64,000 nucleotides of DNA from Deinococcales bacterium (GCA_031414595.1 JANNVX010000088.1:160001-224000); one strand, 5' to 3'. Numbered from the stretch's first letter, positions 22,851-31,685 are shown. Program-made: numbers and translations. Notes: generated by a model not told the origin, from the letters alone.

Positions 22851-23018
22851 TTACTTGAGGATGCTCATAATCGCGGCAATTACGCCAGCAATCAGTGTCA
22901 CAATGGCTGCCCAGAACTGCAAGTCTCGAGTGGCTTTTTTACGGCTTTGTCGAATTGCTTTGTGTTTACCTTGCGGTTTAACACGTTTTCTGGTACGCTT
23001 CTTGTGTGGAATAATCAT
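22851..23018 (-). CDS. Small basic peptide with C-terminal TM helix; putative type I toxin
   Basis: MIIPHKKRTRKRVK...DLQFWAAIVTLIAGVIAAIMSILK; AAAGGAGGTG SD (spacing to ATG unusually short, start uncertain); structured 5' UTR and terminator. Confidence 0.55.
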   Translation of the reverse strand: MIIPHKKRTRKRVKPQGKHKAIRQSRKKATRDLQFWAAIVTLIAGVIAAIMSILK

Positions 23019-23345
23019 CACCTCCTTTAACAGAGGTAAATTACCCGCACCCTCTGGTACAGGGCGCGGGTTTCTCCGTTTTACGGGTTTGCCCACATTC
23101 CCTGTGGGTCAACCATCAACCCAGAGAAGCTACGCAAGGAGCATAACATTATCGTGTCGAGTTTTGAAGAGCTTTGTTGAATCGTAAAGCATAGCGTGTG
23201 GGCTTGCCACAACTAACCACACATCTGCTACCGCTCTTGCTCGATTATCGGATTTTGCTTCTGCCCTCTCCCTCGAGCATCGTGCCTAACAAAAGCGGTT
23301 TAGAGTTTTCCAAGTTAGTCTACATGGTGGATTTGCGAGGCTCGT

Positions 23346-23756
23346 TTATCGGTGAATCATTGTCTCGAGAATTGGGGTTTTGTCATTTGGTACAAACGCA
23401 ATTTTTAATTGACAATCTAGTGCTTCGGCAATTCTTGCTAAGGTGACAAGTTGTACATTGCCATCTGAGTTTTCAATCCCAAGAAGCTGTGTGTGTGCCA
23501 TTCCAGCTTTGGTGGCAACACTGCGAAGGCTAATTTTGCGCCGACCACGCGCCTCGAGTAGTAAATTTTTAAGTGAGGCAGCCGTAAATATTGTGTCTGC
23601 CATGTCTGTCGCTTTTTCCAATGCAGCTTGATCGAGCTTAATCGAGGTGCGTTTTTTGAGCGGAGTTATTGGTAGGTTCGGGTCTAGCAATGCTAATTCT
23701 GCTAGGGCATCCTGCGGATTCATCCAAGGTGTGGCTGCTTTGCGGTTGCGGGTCAT
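23346..23756 (-). CDS. XRE/HigA-like HTH antitoxin
   Basis: ISLRSVATKAGMAHTQLLGIENSDGNVQLVTLARIAEAL HTH; overlaps upstream toxin-like gene. Confidence 0.75.
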   Translation of the reverse strand: MTRNRKAATPWMNPQDALAELALLDPNLPITPLKKRTSIKLDQAALEKATDMADTIFTAASLKNLLLEARGRRKISLRSVATKAGMAHTQLLGIENSDGNVQLVTLARIAEALDCQLKIAFVPNDKTPILETMIHR

Positions 23757-24172
23757 GGTGTTCTCCTTGTGCGTTTAGCACGTTTGCTGGTTGGGAAAAT
23801 TTCTTGGTTTCTACGCCAAGCTACGGCTATCAGTGCGGTACGCTCGAGCAAATTCTGGCTTGGTGTGTTACCCCGTTTCGTTTCGGCGGCACACAGATGA
23901 AATTCTTGTTCATCGGCGCGGTATAAGTACACTCGAGCGCCACCAGCTTCGCCTCCTCGAGTGCGGGTTTTGAGTTCGAGAATTGGTAAACCAATCATGG
24001 TCTCGAGATAACGGCATTGTGTTCCATTTTGTCGGAGGTCAAAAACCATTGAGCCAATGGCGAGCAAGGCTTGGTTTCGTTGTGCGTCTCGTAAATCAAG
24101 CAAATCGTCTATGAAAGGTGGGAATCCATTCATATCATTCGGTTCGTAGGGATAACGAAGCACCGATAACAT
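23753..24172 (-). CDS. Divergent RelE/HigB-like toxin
   Basis: ILELK...GGARVYLY...HLCAAETK pattern; toxin-before-HTH gene order; leaderless -10 TATACT. Confidence 0.6.
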   Translation of the reverse strand: MLSVLRYPYEPNDMNGFPPFIDDLLDLRDAQRNQALLAIGSMVFDLRQNGTQCRYLETMIGLPILELKTRTRGGEAGGARVYLYRADEQEFHLCAAETKRGNTPSQNLLERTALIAVAWRRNQEIFPTSKRAKRTRRTP

Positions 24173-24318
24173 AGACTGGTAGTATAAGGCATACCATTGG
24201 ATTATTCAACTTTGACCGCACTGCCCTTGCTCGAGCATCTGATTTTGCTTCTGCCTCGAGCTTTGGCTGGCGACTCGAGTACCAAAATCTAATTCTTATT
24301 TATGGTGTACGATAACCC

Positions 24319-24516
24319 ATGAGCTTAGTTGAACTCAAAGAAAACACTAAAAAACTTGAAAGTGCCGAACTTCTTGAATTCGCCCGTTGGATACGAGAAC
24401 TCGAGGCGGATGCTTGGGATGCACAAATTGCGGCTGACCTTGAGGCTGGTCATTTTGATACGCTGCTCGAGTCGGTTAAAGCAGATATTGATGCTGGACT
24501 TGTAAAAGCCCTGTGA
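24319..24516 (+). CDS. Small acidic putative antitoxin, copy 2
   Basis: Paralogue of 22287-22484 with 3 aa differences. Confidence 0.75.
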   Translation: MSLVELKENTKKLESAELLEFARWIRELEADAWDAQIAADLEAGHFDTLLESVKADIDAGLVKAL

Positions 24517-24773
24517 ATCACTTTACTCGTCCAAGTTTCTGGGATTTTTACCATCAGCTACCACCAGAAATTCAGATATTGGCAGATAAAAATTATGCTT
24601 TGTTGAAAGAAAATCCGCGTCATCCAAGTTTGCAATTAAAACCCATTGGGCGTTTATGGTCAGTTAGGATTACCGATGATTACCGCGCTCTTGGCTTGGA
24701 CGATAAAATTGGAATTGTCTGGTTTTGGATAGGCAAACACAAAGAATACAAACGCCTGCTTAAACGTGGTTGA
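24513..24773 (+). CDS. ParE/RelE-like toxin, copy 2 (intact)
   Basis: LLKENPRHPSLQLKPIG...WSVRITDDYRALG...VWFWIGKH. Confidence 0.8.
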   Translation: MNHFTRPSFWDFYHQLPPEIQILADKNYALLKENPRHPSLQLKPIGRLWSVRITDDYRALGLDDKIGIVWFWIGKHKEYKRLLKRG

Positions 24774-24964
24774 ACTCTTTCGCCTCACGCCTACAAATGA
24801 CAGTACAGACCAATTACTACACCATTGCTCGAGTATCTGCTCTTGCTTCTACCCTCGCCTTGAGCTTTATGCTTATGCTTTGCAAAAAGTGGCTTAAGAT
24901 TTCCAAGCATAAACCCTTCCACCACACGTTGACAATTTCTCATAACAACAATATCATTGTCATT

Positions 24965-25420
24965 ATGATTCCACCGTTCACCAAAACAGGTTTATTACCC
25001 GCAGGTGAACACTTGGCAACTTGGGAAGAAATTGTTGCCCATTACGGAACAAATTCGCACCGATTACGTTTACTAGCAGGATTACTTGAAGCCATAGAAG
25101 CACTGCAAACAGCCCAAAGTGACTGGATTCTAATAAACGGAAGTTTTGTGACTGACAAAGAATACCCAAACGACATAGATTCTTGTTACGACGACCAGAA
25201 CCTAGACTATGACCTACTCGAGCAACTAGAACCCAGCCTACTTGAATTTGACAATGCCAGAGCCGCCCAAAAAGCCCGATTTGGTTGTGAATTCTTCCCT
25301 GCTCGAGCCGTAGCAGATAGCGCAGGCAAGACTTTTCAGCACTTTTTTCAATTTGACCGTTACAACCAAGCCAAAGGAATTATCAAGCTCGAGCTAAAGC
25401 AAAAAGGAGGCAACCCATGA
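24965..25420 (+). CDS. DUF6932-like nucleotidyltransferase-fold protein (putative toxin)
   Basis: MIPPF...GLLPAGEH, NGSFVTDKEYPNDID (GS...DxD) motif. Confidence 0.7.
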   Translation: MIPPFTKTGLLPAGEHLATWEEIVAHYGTNSHRLRLLAGLLEAIEALQTAQSDWILINGSFVTDKEYPNDIDSCYDDQNLDYDLLEQLEPSLLEFDNARAAQKARFGCEFFPARAVADSAGKTFQHFFQFDRYNQAKGIIKLELKQKGGNP

Positions 25421-25812
25421 TTCAAAACGAGTTGCAGTACCGCGTCACCAACGCCAGATTACGCGAATTTCAAACCGCCCAGCAGAGCCTTGAACTAGAC
25501 GGCATCAAAGGTAAAGCACTTGAAGTGCGACGCAAAGCCGTAGCAAGCATAATTGCTGAACTGAGCCTAGAACTCGAGGCATTCCAAGCCATAAAAACCC
25601 AAGGTGTACCAAGCAGTTTAGGCAGTCTCGAGCAAATACCAGACGACCTGATAAAAGCCAGAATTGCGGCTGGATTCACCCAAGCCAGCCTTGCTAAAAC
25701 CCTGCACTTAAAACCACAACAGATTCAGAGGTACGAAGCCACAAGATACGCCAGTGCCAGTTTAGCAAGGGTTCTCGAGGTGGCAAGGGTGTTGCAAGAC
25801 AAGGCAAAATAG
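25417..25812 (+). CDS. XRE family HTH protein (putative antitoxin)
   Basis: MIQNELQY...LIKARIAAGFTQASLAKTLHLKPQQIQRYEATRYASASLARV; AAGGAGG RBS; ATGA overlap. Confidence 0.85.
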   Translation: MIQNELQYRVTNARLREFQTAQQSLELDGIKGKALEVRRKAVASIIAELSLELEAFQAIKTQGVPSSLGSLEQIPDDLIKARIAAGFTQASLAKTLHLKPQQIQRYEATRYASASLARVLEVARVLQDKAK

Positions 25813-25815
25813 TTT

Positions 25816-26040
25816 CTCAAGCAGAGCGATACGAACTTAGAAGTAGCCAGTTTAGTTCGGGTAGCCCATGAACTCGAGTTTGATGTGACAATTCGGCTCG
25901 AGCCTAGGCAAGCAGGTGTGGTACTCGAAGCGAAGTTCTAAGAAGCTACGTTACCCAGAAGTGCCAATCCAATTGAATTTAACATACGGCTGCATATAAA
26001 CAGAATGTTTGGTACAATGCCATTCGAGAATTCTCGAGGG
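25816..26040 (+). repeat. Long direct repeat, copy B (HTH 3' remnant plus putative promoter)
   Basis: GCAGAGCGATACGAACTTAGAAGTAGCCAGTTTAGTTCGGGTAGCCCATGAACTCGAG... matches 20620-20855. Confidence 0.75.
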
Positions 26041-26046
26041 GTTTTA

Positions 26047-26304
26047 GTGAAAAAATACTCTAAAAAAGTCCGTGAATCACTGCCTCGAATATTATGGGAA
26101 TTCGCTAGATCCCACGATTCTGTCACTATTTTTGAGCAAAACCAGCCCAAGTTTGAATATAAGTATTTATGGTCAAACATGGTAATCTGCTGGGAATATA
26201 AAATCCATTTCTGGGCAGCACTCGATATTCTTAAAGGACATCGTATCCTCATTAGCAGAGGTCAATTTTACCGAGGATTGAAGAAAAGAAGCAAAAGCGT
26301 GTAG
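26047..26304 (+). CDS. Hypothetical AT-rich small ORF
   Basis: Occupies the same position after the long repeat as the HEPN-like gene; GAGGGG upstream of GTG; no motif recognised. Confidence 0.35.
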   Translation: MKKYSKKVRESLPRILWEFARSHDSVTIFEQNQPKFEYKYLWSNMVICWEYKIHFWAALDILKGHRILISRGQFYRGLKKRSKSV

Positions 26305-26454
26305 TGCGAGATATGCCCACAACTCCACGCCCGCTAAACTACACCATGTTCACTTAACGCCGCTTTCGCCTCTACCTTCTGCCCTTTAGCCTCGAGCTTT
26401 GTGCTTGGGCTGGCTCGAGGTACGAATCAATTCTCGAGTTCAAACCATCTTCAT

Positions 26455-27636
26455 TCAGAGTCGGCTGCGCGGGTCAAGTGCATCTCGCAGACCGTCGCCT
26501 AAGAAGTTGATACTCAGGCTGGTCAGTAAAATAAATAGTCCGGGCCAGAATACGGTAAACGGATTTTGGAAAATCGCTTCTTGCGCCCCAGAAAGCATGT
26601 TTCCCCAACTGGCGGTCGGTTCTTGAATCCCAAAGCCTAAAAAACTCAAGGCAGCTTCGGAGACAATCGTGTTACCGACATCTAACGTGACTTGCACAAT
26701 AATCGGGGCGATGGCATTAGGCAATAAGTGCGAGAGCATAATCCGCCAATCGCTCGAGCCTAATGCCCGGGCTGCATCGGTAAATTCACGTTGCCGTAGA
26801 CTCAGCACCAGACCACGAATCACTCGGGCTGTGCCAAGCCAACCAAAAAGTGTCAGCACAAAGATAATTAAAACAATCGAACGCGACTGTCCAAAAAAGG
26901 TGTTCAGTACGTCGCCAAGTGGTACTTCTGGATTGGCTAGTAAGCCTGCCAAAATCAGTAAGAACGGGATATTCGGTAAACTGAGCATCACATCAATCAG
27001 TCTCGAGATGGCATTGTCTATATCTATAATGATGGCTTTGTAGAAGGCATTGTATGCCGCAAAAGCGGCTAAGCCCCCACCAATTAGCCATGCCACCACC
27101 GCTAAAACTCCAGTAAAGGTAGCGGCAAATTGCGAGGTGATTTGCAGTAAGAAGAAAATCAAGACCGCCCAGACCAACCAACGTAAACCAGTCCGCCAGA
27201 TAAAACTCGAGCCTTCAGCATTTTTGCGTTCATTCCATAAGGGGCTACCAACACCCACCGACATCAACCACGGAATACCACTGTAGTAACCAGCCACCAA
27301 GCCCATGATGACACCAATAATGGCAGATAGAAAAGCCACCACAATACCAACCAAGAGTGAGACCCGTCCGGCGTACAAAACTCGAGAAAAGACATCGCGT
27401 CCAAGCCCATCTGTTCCCATCCAATGTGCGACTGACGACCCAGCATAAAGGTTCGAGGAATCTATTTTGTCTGGTGCATAGGGTGCAATAAATGGGGCAA
27501 AAATAGCCACCGAGAACAACAGCATTAAGACCACACCAGAAACCATGGCTGCACGGTGCTTGGTGAAACGTCGCCAAATTTTAGTGTTGGAGCTTTCGTC
27601 TTTCTTTAGTTTTTCTGGAATAGTAGCAATAGACAT
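26455..27636 (-). CDS. oppC: Oligopeptide/dipeptide ABC permease (OppC/DppC) with extra TM insert
   Basis: HWMGTDGLGRDVFSR, EFTDAARALG, EAALSFLGFGI, SWGNML, GDGLRDALDP. Confidence 0.88.
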   Translation of the reverse strand: MSIATIPEKLKKDESSNTKIWRRFTKHRAAMVSGVVLMLLFSVAIFAPFIAPYAPDKIDSSNLYAGSSVAHWMGTDGLGRDVFSRVLYAGRVSLLVGIVVAFLSAIIGVIMGLVAGYYSGIPWLMSVGVGSPLWNERKNAEGSSFIWRTGLRWLVWAVLIFFLLQITSQFAATFTGVLAVVAWLIGGGLAAFAAYNAFYKAIIIDIDNAISRLIDVMLSLPNIPFLLILAGLLANPEVPLGDVLNTFFGQSRSIVLIIFVLTLFGWLGTARVIRGLVLSLRQREFTDAARALGSSDWRIMLSHLLPNAIAPIIVQVTLDVGNTIVSEAALSFLGFGIQEPTASWGNMLSGAQEAIFQNPFTVFWPGLFILLTSLSINFLGDGLRDALDPRSRL

Positions 27637-27648
27637 AATTTTTAGTCC

Positions 27649-28839
27649 TTAATTGTAACGAATGCGTGGGTCAACGAGGGCGTAGGCTAAATCGGTCAGC
27701 AAATTGGCTGCCAGAGTCACAATACTGAGCATCATTAAAATCACCATGGCGACGTTGTAATCTTTTTTAACCACACTATCAAGCAGTGCCGTTCCCATTC
27801 CGGGCCAATTAAAAACAGTTTCGGTTAGCACTGCTCCGTTTAGAATCCCGGGGACAGATAAACCCACCAGTGTCACAATCGGAATCAGCGCATTTCTAAG
27901 GGCGTGTTTGTAAATTACAATCCGTTCAGATAAACCTTTTGCTCTTGCGGTGCGTACAAAATCTTGGTTGATCACCTCGAGCAGACTGGCTCGCATAAAC
28001 CTAGTCCAGCCAGCGATTGAAATAATAGATAAAGCCACCGCAGGTAAAACCAAATGGTGCAAACGGTCAAGTAACCAAGCCCACCAAGATTGTGCCGTCA
28101 CTTCCTGCCCAACGCTCTGCCCTTGGGAAACATAATCGCCTTTGGTAACAGACGGGCGAATCCCAGCAGGTAAAGTAAATTCTTTGGGAATCTCGAGTTT
28201 GGTGGCTTCGTCATAAACGCCAATCGTGATAAACGATGTGCCTTCTCGAGTTTCTACCCTTTGCACTTGACCCGTGACATCAAATTGCTTGGTACTTTCG
28301 ATGTACTGAGTCACGCCTTCGGTTTGCATACCGCCTGTGGGAAAAATCTTAAAAGTCACACCAAATAAAATCAGCATCATGATTCCAAGCCAAAAGACTG
28401 GCACACTAAAACCGACAAATGATAAAAAGGTGGTCACATAATCGAGTAAGCTGTACTGCCGTACCGCCGCATAAATTCCAATTGGAATACCAATAAAAAG
28501 GGCAATAAAAAAGGCGGTTGCCGAAAGGGTGATGGTATTGCCTAAGCGCTGTTCAAAAACAAAATTGGCGGCTGGTTCATAGCCGTTTTCCCTTGATAAG
28601 CCAAAATCAAGCCGCACCGCTCGATTTAACCACTTGCCATACTGCACATACCAAGGTTGGTCTAAGCCGTATTCGCGGCGCAACCTGAGAATATCGGCTT
28701 GGGTTATTTTTGGGTTGGCTAGTCTGAGTTCATCAATAAAATCGCCCGGTTGCAATTGAATCAAGCCAAAAATTGCCATCGAGACTGCCAGTAAAATTGG
28801 GACCATGGCAATGATCCGCCGAGATGCGTATAGGAACAT
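27649..28839 (-). CDS. oppB: Oligopeptide/dipeptide ABC permease (OppB/DppB) with inserted beta domain
   Basis: YGLDQP, DFVRTARAKGL, KHALRNAL, ETVFNWPGMG, DPRIR. Confidence 0.88.
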   Translation of the reverse strand: MFLYASRRIIAMVPILLAVSMAIFGLIQLQPGDFIDELRLANPKITQADILRLRREYGLDQPWYVQYGKWLNRAVRLDFGLSRENGYEPAANFVFEQRLGNTITLSATAFFIALFIGIPIGIYAAVRQYSLLDYVTTFLSFVGFSVPVFWLGIMMLILFGVTFKIFPTGGMQTEGVTQYIESTKQFDVTGQVQRVETREGTSFITIGVYDEATKLEIPKEFTLPAGIRPSVTKGDYVSQGQSVGQEVTAQSWWAWLLDRLHHLVLPAVALSIISIAGWTRFMRASLLEVINQDFVRTARAKGLSERIVIYKHALRNALIPIVTLVGLSVPGILNGAVLTETVFNWPGMGTALLDSVVKKDYNVAMVILMMLSIVTLAANLLTDLAYALVDPRIRYN

Positions 28840-28916
28840 ACGCCATTTTACTCATAGATGGCTGTCTTGTGTGGCAAAATTGCGCCGAAGTACCTAAAAA
28901 GGCTAGATTGTAGGGC

Positions 28917-30017
28917 ATGACCCAGATTATCAGCGTCTCAACTCGAGCCGAACGCAAACAATGGATAGACTATCCGTACCAAAAGTACCGTCATCATCCA
29001 ACATGGGTTCCGCCAATGCTGATCCAAGAATGGGACGACACCGACCCTAAGAAAAATCCCTTCTATGACCATGCCGAGGTTGAGCTTTTCATTGCATTAG
29101 ACAACGGTAAAGTGGTTGGACGTATCGCTGCGATTCTCGATAAGAGCTTTAATCAGTACCGCAACGAAAACACAGTGTTGTTCTCGAGCCTAGAAGCCGA
29201 TAATGCTAGTGTTTTTAAGGCATTGCTCGAGCAAGTCGAAAACTGGGCGCGGTCTCGAGGGGCGAATAATATCAAAGGTCCGAGTAAAATTGCCCAAAAC
29301 GACATGCACGGCTTTCTGGTGGACAATTTTGATGACCCGCCCGCCGTCATGATGAATTACAACCCGCTTGAGTACATTGCTTGGTCAGAAGCGGCTGGGT
29401 ACAGTAAGTACGAGGATACCTTTGCTTGGAAAATGACTGTCGAACAAGGGCTGCCAGAACGGGTTGGGCGAATTGCTGAACGGGTCAAGAAGAATTTGAG
29501 GGTGACTCTGCGTCCACTTAATTTTAAGAAAATGAACGAAGAAGTGGTTCATATCCGAAAAATCTACAACAGCGCTTGGAGTCGTAACCTTGGCTTTGTG
29601 CCGTGGACGGAAAGCGAAATAGACCACTTAAAAAAGCAACTCGGGCAAGTTGCCGACCAACAAATTAGTTTTATGGCAGAAATAGACGGCAATCCCGTCG
29701 CCTTTAGTTTGGTCTTGCCAGACTTAAACCAAGCCCTGCCCGGAACTGGCGGTAAACTCCTGCCATTTGGTATTTTTAAGTTGCAGTTTTTTAAGTACAC
29801 TCGAATGCGCCTTGTTGCCCTTGGCATTTTAGATGAATACCACGGTAAAGGTTTAGATGCGCTGCTGTATGCCGAGTCATTCTGGCGCGGACAAAAGAAA
29901 TACTCGAGTGGCGAATTTGGCTGGACTTTAGAGAGCAACGACGGCATCAACAACGGTATGAAAGCCCTTGGTGCGATACCATATAAGCGCTACCGTATTT
30001 TCCAAAAGAAACTCTAA
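28917..30017 (+). CDS. GNAT-family N-acetyltransferase-like protein
   Basis: WVPP...NPFY...VVGRIAA, MNYNP, LPDLN, GILDEYHGKGLDA, YKRYRIF. Confidence 0.75.
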   Translation: MTQIISVSTRAERKQWIDYPYQKYRHHPTWVPPMLIQEWDDTDPKKNPFYDHAEVELFIALDNGKVVGRIAAILDKSFNQYRNENTVLFSSLEADNASVFKALLEQVENWARSRGANNIKGPSKIAQNDMHGFLVDNFDDPPAVMMNYNPLEYIAWSEAAGYSKYEDTFAWKMTVEQGLPERVGRIAERVKKNLRVTLRPLNFKKMNEEVVHIRKIYNSAWSRNLGFVPWTESEIDHLKKQLGQVADQQISFMAEIDGNPVAFSLVLPDLNQALPGTGGKLLPFGIFKLQFFKYTRMRLVALGILDEYHGKGLDALLYAESFWRGQKKYSSGEFGWTLESNDGINNGMKALGAIPYKRYRIFQKKL

Positions 30018-30021
30018 AGGC

Positions 30022-30315
30022 ATGACCATGAGCCAACTTGAAGATGAAGCCGCCTTAAACGCAGCTTGGGCAATCCTCAAAAAACACCAGATACCAGATG
30101 GATTATTGGGTGTATTTTACCTCGAGACAAGGGAACATTTTGTGCTGCTTTACGAAGAAGAGAACTGTGAATACCAAGAATGGGTACGCTTAGAAATTGA
30201 CAGCCTAACCAACCTGCCGCAAGATGTACTCGAGGAAGCCGCCCAGCGCTTGGTCAAACGAATAGCCATTACCCGCCGTCGGTTCATTGACCCACGTAAA
30301 AGCCTAAAGGCTTAG
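30022..30315 (+). CDS. Hypothetical protein
   Basis: ORF directly following GNAT gene; plausible composition. Confidence 0.55.
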   Translation: MTMSQLEDEAALNAAWAILKKHQIPDGLLGVFYLETREHFVLLYEEENCEYQEWVRLEIDSLTNLPQDVLEEAAQRLVKRIAITRRRFIDPRKSLKA

Positions 30316-31595
30316 ATTCGCATTTCTTCCAGCACATCCCAATAGTTAGGAAAGGTTTTACTGGTACATTTTGGGTCAAGAATTGTGACCCCAACTTGTT
30401 TTAAGCCAATCAAAGCAAAGCTCATTGCCATGCGGTGGTCATCATAGGTTTGCACTCGAGCAGGGGAGACCTTACCTGGATAAATCACAAATCCATCTTC
30501 TTCCTCGAGTGCCTGTATGCCAAGGCGCTTGAGTTCAGTCACCACGGCTGCCACCCGGTCGGTTTCTTTTTTACGGATAAATCCAATTCCAGTCACTCGT
30601 GTTGGACTGTCGGCAAAGACTGCTACTGCCGCTAAAGTTTGGGCTGTATCTGAAATTTGGCTCATGTCTATTGTCTCGAGTCCGCGTAAGTGCGGTGTAC
30701 CAATCACTGTGGTTTCGGTTTCGGTCATCTGAACTGTGCAACCCATCTGCTCGAGTATTCGCACAAAGGCTAAATCGCCTTGCAAGCTGCTTGAACCGAG
30801 TCTGGGAACGGTTACTCGCCCACCCGTAATGGCGGCGGCGGCAAACAAGTAACTGGCGGCACTGGCATCTGGCTCGACCAAATAAGCGGCTGGCTGATAG
30901 CGACTGGGCTTAACCACAAAACGCTCAAAGTTATAAGTCTCGAGTTCGACCCCAAAGGCTTGCATAGCTTGGGCAGTGACGGCTAAGTACGGCTTAGAAA
31001 CCAATTCGCCTTCGACAATCAGTTCCAAGCCTTGTTCAAAATATGGGGCGCTCATCAGTAAACCACTCAGGTATTGGCTGGATAAATCACCACGGATTCG
31101 TACTGAACCACCACGAATTCCATTTGCCATAACTCGAATTGGCGGGCAACCTGTGCTTTGAATACTCGAGACATCACCACCGATTTGATTTAGCGCATCT
31201 ATTAATGGCTGGAGTGGACGTTGACGCATGGCTTCGACACCATCAATCACGTATTTGCTTTGTCCTAAAGTCACAAGTGGGGCTAAAAACCGAGCGCTTG
31301 TCCCAGAATTCCCAATAAAAAGCGGCTGGCTCGAGGCTTGCAAGATTCCACCCGTACCATGCACCGTAAAACCCTGATTGGCTTCGTCCTCGAGAACCTG
31401 TACGCCCAATTGTCGCAGGGCTTGCGCCATGTACAAGGTGTCATCACTAAAAAGCGCCCCAGCAATCTGACTCTCGCCGTTTGCCAAAGCCGCAATTGGC
31501 AGTACCCGATTGGTATAACTTTTCGAGCCGGGCGGGGACACCGTGGCATGTACGGGTTTAGAAAACGGAATCATCTCGAGGGCATCAGGTAACAT
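30312..31595 (-). CDS. aroA: 3-phosphoshikimate 1-carboxyvinyltransferase (EPSP synthase)
   Basis: PGSKSYTNR, GNSGTSARF, SSQY, KETDR, DDHRMAM. Confidence 0.96.
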   Translation of the reverse strand: MLPDALEMIPFSKPVHATVSPPGSKSYTNRVLPIAALANGESQIAGALFSDDTLYMAQALRQLGVQVLEDEANQGFTVHGTGGILQASSQPLFIGNSGTSARFLAPLVTLGQSKYVIDGVEAMRQRPLQPLIDALNQIGGDVSSIQSTGCPPIRVMANGIRGGSVRIRGDLSSQYLSGLLMSAPYFEQGLELIVEGELVSKPYLAVTAQAMQAFGVELETYNFERFVVKPSRYQPAAYLVEPDASAASYLFAAAAITGGRVTVPRLGSSSLQGDLAFVRILEQMGCTVQMTETETTVIGTPHLRGLETIDMSQISDTAQTLAAVAVFADSPTRVTGIGFIRKKETDRVAAVVTELKRLGIQALEEEDGFVIYPGKVSPARVQTYDDHRMAMSFALIGLKQVGVTILDPKCTSKTFPNYWDVLEEMRI

Positions 31596-31685
31596 CGAAT
31601 GACAGGATAACAAACTTATCTGGTCGTTGCTAAGGTTCAAATAGCAATTTCCAAAGCACAAAACCTAAAAAGCCCTCCAAAAACC

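Larger units (their letters stand above)
22179..26406 (+). repeat. Five dispersed degenerate ~50-bp intergenic repeats (22179-22230, 23236-23287, 24226-24265, 24825-24874, 26376-26406 partial)
   Basis: Consensus cTTGCTCGAGtATCtGaTTTTGCTTCTGCCCTttGCCTCGAGCTTTGTGCtT, same orientation, always intergenic. Confidence 0.7.

Noticed and set aside
24770-24964. N-terminal extension of the DUF6932-like ORF (and similar extensions at 17796, 19602, 33900, 42229, 58896)
   Set aside because: They translate intergenic or repeat sequence; better starts exist downstream
20590-26450. Classical integron or prophage
   Set aside because: No tyrosine or serine integrase, no canonical attC ends and no phage structural genes in the window
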